A stretch of DNA of 64,000 bases from Phycisphaerae bacterium. Its GTDB lineage: Bacteria > Planctomycetota > Phycisphaerae > UBA1845 > Fen-1342. The DNA is taken from contig JASFQK010000012.1 of assembly GCA_050115495.1 (NCBI GenBank), positions 32,001-96,000 on the forward strand, in the 5' to 3' direction. Position numbers and translations under genes: made by a program. Below are positions 60,343 to 64,000 of this stretch, piece after piece. Within the stretch, counting starts at the first letter, position 1; every line of letters starts with the position of its first letter. Under the pieces are notes generated by a model. It saw only the letters and a list, made by a program, of their open reading frames with translations, did not search any database and was not told where the DNA came from.

Positions 60343-62180
60343 CAGGGCGTGTGGTCTTCCCGGGGCACCAGGTGCAACTGAACCGAGCGTTCCCCGAGCA
60401 CCGTCACCCCGTCCGGCACGTCGAATTGCACCCGCCGCAGCACCGGATTCGGCGTCAGCAGGTCGCTGGTGATGGTGACGTAGGCCCGCACGTCCCGGGG
60501 CTGGAGTGCATTGACCACCGATTCATCCCCCGCCACCTCGATCTCGATCAGCCATTCCTGCGGATCCGCCCGCACCACCTGGTACCCGTCGAGCATCTCC
60601 GGAATCGCCGAATACTCCACCGGCACCCGCGACAGCCGCCGGGTCGCCCGTTGCCCCACGATGTGCAGCGACAGATCCACCTGCCGCGGCTGACGGTTGA
60701 CCAGGGCTTTCCCGCGGATCCGCTCCGGCACCTGCACGCCCGGCAGCGTGATCGCCTGGCCCGGCACCGCCCGGCTGAGCTGCTCGCTCAGCGGCAGCAC
60801 CAGAACGCGATCCGTCGGCGGCAACTCCTCGAGGTCCCCCCGCCGCAGCGTCACCTGCACTTCCGCCGGCTCGATCCGCAGGTTTTCCACCCGTGCCGTT
60901 CCCGTGTCCGCGCTAACCGGCAGCGAAACCGTCACCAGCTCCTGCACCCGGAAGTTCAGCGACCCCGGCGACACGTCCGCCACCGACAGCCCCCGCGCCC
61001 GGATCTTCGGCAGGCTGTTGATCAACTCCACGGCCGAACGCTGGTTGACCTCGTTCGCCCCCAGCCGGTAGTCCTCCGCCACCCAGTCCACGCGCAAGGG
61101 ATTCGCCGTCGTGTAGTCACGCAGCGCGTCGACCTCGCGGGCCGCCCCGCGGAACGTCACCTGGAAGATTGCCCCCTGCGGTTCGGCCACGTCCACGATC
61201 CGCTGCGGATCGTTGATCCGCACGTCGAGCTGCACCGCCACCGGTGCCGATTCCGTCTGCGTCCACTGGTTGGCCACGATCCAGATCGCCAGCGTCAGCG
61301 GCACGACCACCATCAGCCGCCGCAGCACACGCCACGCCCGTCGCGCCAGCGGCCGCCGCTCCTTGCTCTCCGGCGTGCTCGTCACCGGCACGCCGCTCAG
61401 CCGCGCCGTCAGCTCGTCCGCCAGATCGTCGAGCGACAGAAAGCGGGTCAGTTTGCCGTTGTCCGCCAGCGAGATCGTCCCCGTCTCTTCCGAGACCACC
61501 AGCACCAAGGCGTCCGACTCGTAGCTCATGCCCAATGCCGCCAGGTGTCGGCTGCCCAGGGCCGTCCCCACCTCGTCGCTTTCGGCCACCGGGAACTGGC
61601 AATTCGCCGCCACCGCCCGGTTGCCGGCGATCACCACGCCCAGATCGTGCAGCGGCGAGTTCGGGAAGAAGATCGTGTTCAACAGGTTGGCCGACACTTC
61701 GGCGTTCAGCAGCGTGCCCTTCTCGGCCCAGCCGCTCAGATCCACCGCCCGCTGTATGGCCACCAGCCCCCCGTACCGGTTCTTCGACAAGTATCGCGCC
61801 GACTTCACCAGCGCCGTGATCACCTTCGACTGCCGCGTCCCGCGACGCAGGAACCCCACGTCGCCCGCCCGAATGACCGCCCGCCGCAATTCCGGCTGAA
61901 ACGCCACCAGGGCGATGAACACCAGCCCGAGCACGAAGAATCGATACAGCAGTTCCAGCCGCGGCCAGCCGAACTGCGCCGCAATGATGTTCACCGCCAG
62001 CGTGGCGACCACCAGCACCGTCAGCACGCCGCGCAGCGGTCGGGTTCCCCGCGTACCCTGCAGAACCCCCGCGCACCAGTTCACCGAGAGCCCGATCAGC
62101 AGCAGCTCGACCATGACCGGGATCGGCTCGCTGGCGATGGCTCGTAGCCCGCCCAGGGAGTCGAAGAACGTGTCGAACAT
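60342..62180 (-). CDS. cdaA: Diadenylate cyclase CdaA fused to a CdaR/YbbR-like domain
   Basis: TM segments, FQPELRR, NSPLHDLGVV, GSRHLAALG, VVSEETG; extra TM and beta-rich repeats. Confidence 0.85.
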   Translation of the reverse strand: MFDTFFDSLGGLRAIASEPIPVMVELLLIGLSVNWCAGVLQGTRGTRPLRGVLTVLVVATLAVNIIAAQFGWPRLELLYRFFVLGLVFIALVAFQPELRRAVIRAGDVGFLRRGTRQSKVITALVKSARYLSKNRYGGLVAIQRAVDLSGWAEKGTLLNAEVSANLLNTIFFPNSPLHDLGVVIAGNRAVAANCQFPVAESDEVGTALGSRHLAALGMSYESDALVLVVSEETGTISLADNGKLTRFLSLDDLADELTARLSGVPVTSTPESKERRPLARRAWRVLRRLMVVVPLTLAIWIVANQWTQTESAPVAVQLDVRINDPQRIVDVAEPQGAIFQVTFRGAAREVDALRDYTTANPLRVDWVAEDYRLGANEVNQRSAVELINSLPKIRARGLSVADVSPGSLNFRVQELVTVSLPVSADTGTARVENLRIEPAEVQVTLRRGDLEELPPTDRVLVLPLSEQLSRAVPGQAITLPGVQVPERIRGKALVNRQPRQVDLSLHIVGQRATRRLSRVPVEYSAIPEMLDGYQVVRADPQEWLIEIEVAGDESVVNALQPRDVRAYVTITSDLLTPNPVLRRVQFDVPDGVTVLGERSVQLHLVPREDHTP

Positions 62181-62263
62181 CTTCGCCAGAGTATAGAATG
62201 AGCGTCGCCGGCTGCAATCACGGCCAGCCGCGGCCGGCGGATTTCCCCGGGAGAGCCGGCAGC

Positions 62264-63040
62264 ATGAACGCTGAAATCCCTGTCCAGCGACTCCGCGACA
62301 ACCTGCAACGGGTCCGCGAGACCGTTCAGCAGGCCTGTGCCCGCGCCGGCCGCTCGCCCGATTCCGTCTGCCTCGTCGCCGTCACCAAGTACGTCGAGCC
62401 CGCCGTTATCCGCGCCCTGCTCGCCGCCGGTGCCACCGAGATCGGCGAAAACCGCGTCCAACAGCTCTCCGCCCGGGCCACCGAGCTCGGTGCCCGCCAC
62501 GGTCCCTGGCGCGACCCGTCGGAGATCGCCACCGCCCCGCCCGATCCGCTGCCCCGCTGGCACATGATCGGCAACCTCCAGCGGAACAAGGTCAAGGCCC
62601 TGCTGCCCCACGCCCGCATCATCCACTCCCTCGATTCCATTCGCCTCGCCGACGAGCTCGCCCGCGCCGCCGCGGCGGCCGGCACCGTCGTCGACGCCTT
62701 CATCGAGGTCAACGTCGCCGGCGAGGCCAGCAAGAGCGGCCTCCCGCCGGCGGAGCTGCCCGCCCTCGTGGACGCCGTCCAGGGCGCTCCACCCCTGCGG
62801 CTCCGCGGCCTGATGACCATGCCACCGTTCGACCTCGATCCGGAGGAGGCGCGTCCCCATTTCGCCCGTCTCCGGCGGTTGCTCGAAGACCTCCAGGCCC
62901 GCCGGGCGGTGGGGCCTGAGTGCGTCCACCTGTCGATGGGCATGAGCCTTGACTACGCCGTCGCCATCGAGGAGGGGGCCACGTTCATCCGCGTCGGTTC
63001 GGCCCTGTTCGATGGCCTGTCGCCGGGCGAGACCCCGTGA
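62264..63040 (+). CDS. yggS: PLP homeostasis protein YggS
   Basis: VAVTKY, GENRVQ, WHMIGNLQRNK, LSMGMS, IRVGSALF. Confidence 0.95.
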   Translation: MNAEIPVQRLRDNLQRVRETVQQACARAGRSPDSVCLVAVTKYVEPAVIRALLAAGATEIGENRVQQLSARATELGARHGPWRDPSEIATAPPDPLPRWHMIGNLQRNKVKALLPHARIIHSLDSIRLADELARAAAAAGTVVDAFIEVNVAGEASKSGLPPAELPALVDAVQGAPPLRLRGLMTMPPFDLDPEEARPHFARLRRLLEDLQARRAVGPECVHLSMGMSLDYAVAIEEGATFIRVGSALFDGLSPGETP

Positions 63041-63053
63041 GGAGTGCCCGGCC

Positions 63054-63317
63054 ATGAACGAGATCGATCCATTCGCCATTTTCCGCAACGTGTTGTTCGT
63101 CGCGGTGGCCGTCTACACGCTCGTGACCATGGCCGGCACGGTCACCCGTGTGGTGGTCATCCTCAGTGGCCATGACCCGCACAAGAAACTGCTCCGGGCG
63201 TGCGTGTCCTACCAGCTCGTGACCATCCGCATCCGGCCTCTCGTCGGCGAGTTACTCGAAATTGCTCTCTGGCTGGCTGTGCTCGTCGGGATCTGGCAGT
63301 TGCACGCCTTGTGTTGA
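63054..63317 (+). CDS. Small hypothetical protein with two TM segments
   Basis: RBS GAGGAG; two hydrophobic helices. Confidence 0.65.
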   Translation: MNEIDPFAIFRNVLFVAVAVYTLVTMAGTVTRVVVILSGHDPHKKLLRACVSYQLVTIRIRPLVGELLEIALWLAVLVGIWQLHALC

Positions 63318-63330
63318 GGGAGGATCGTCC

Positions 63331-63834
63331 ATGGATGAGCAGCAGCCCCCGCGTCCGCCCGGCCCTCCGGAGCCACCCTCCGCCGGCGGCCGGCAGCGCA
63401 ACTTCGTCGGCGGCGCCTTCCGCCATCTCGCCCGCGTCGGCCGCGAAATGCTCTCCGTCACCGTCGGACGCTGGCTCGACGAGCCGGAGCCCCCGCTGCC
63501 GACTCCGTCCGACGACCCGCCCGCCGCCGGCCAGCTCAAGGCCGCCAACCAGCGCGTCAACCTCCTGCACAACGTGACCGAAAAGCTGCGCGGCGCCGCC
63601 GACGGCTACATCGCCGCCAAGCTCGACGAGATCGAGGCCCGGGTCGACGCCAAGCTCAACCAGATCGAGCAGCGCATCGACCACAAGGTCGAGGAACTCC
63701 ACGGCCAGTTGGCGGAAATGCGCGATCGCGAGCTCCGCCACCGCCTCCGCGTGCTCAAAATCACCCTCATGTTCACCGTGCTTGTCGCCCTTCTGTCGCT
63801 GGGGTATAAATGGATCGCTAGTCATTGGATGTGA
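63331..63834 (+). CDS. Hypothetical coiled-coil protein with C-terminal TM
   Basis: RBS GGAGG; 11-residue periodic AKLDEIE/AKLNQIE/HKVEEL; terminal hydrophobic helix. Confidence 0.7.
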   Translation: MDEQQPPRPPGPPEPPSAGGRQRNFVGGAFRHLARVGREMLSVTVGRWLDEPEPPLPTPSDDPPAAGQLKAANQRVNLLHNVTEKLRGAADGYIAAKLDEIEARVDAKLNQIEQRIDHKVEELHGQLAEMRDRELRHRLRVLKITLMFTVLVALLSLGYKWIASHWM

Positions 63835-63849
63835 TCCGAGGAACGCTCG

Positions 63850-64000
63850 ATGCCCATGCAGCACCTCAACGCTGACGCCACGGCGGTCGTCAAGCTGGCC
63901 AACGATATCGCCCACGAATATGAGCAGGAGTACGTCGGCACTGAGCACGTGCTGCTCGCCATCCTGCGGCACAACGACTGCGGCGGCGCCCGCATCCTCT
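63850..64000 (+). CDS. Clp N-terminal domain protein (truncated by window edge)
   Basis: My translation: MPMQHLNADATAVVKLANDIAHEYEQEYVGTEHVLLAIL. Confidence 0.8.
   Translation, partial: MPMQHLNADATAVVKLANDIAHEYEQEYVGTEHVLLAILRHNDCGGARIL

Overview
GC-rich bacterial chromosomal segment. The dockerin-like C-termini, CxxCGYNL...CPECG membrane proteins, 'TQPA' tails and HDLG-type CdaA suggest Planctomycetota/Phycisphaerae (inference). About 45 CDSs. Housekeeping and transport: pip fragment, mgtE, CPA2 antiporter, aspS, LOG family, yggS, rluA-like, cdaA fusion, Clp N-terminal fragment. Signalling: two chemoreceptors with nested Cache domains, three hybrid kinases, a FIST/NosP protein, PadR-HAAS and a NorR-like sigma54 activator. 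Also a five-gene surface-glycosylation cassette, exported dockerin-tailed proteins, an orphan ATPase-TOPRIM gene and REP/REPIN mosaics. No rRNA, tRNA, CRISPR, integrase or transposase was seen. Best candidates for undescribed biology: (1) a structured RBS-sequestering RNA leader in front of a protein with an uncharacterised helical N-terminal domain plus a BtrH-like domain; (2) a run of membrane proteins sharing a juxtamembrane C4 zinc ribbon; (3) a NorR-like activator with altered iron ligands facing dps across a complete sigma54 promoter; (4) chemoreceptors with an apparently exchangeable inner Cache domain. All family calls come from motif recognition, not database searches.
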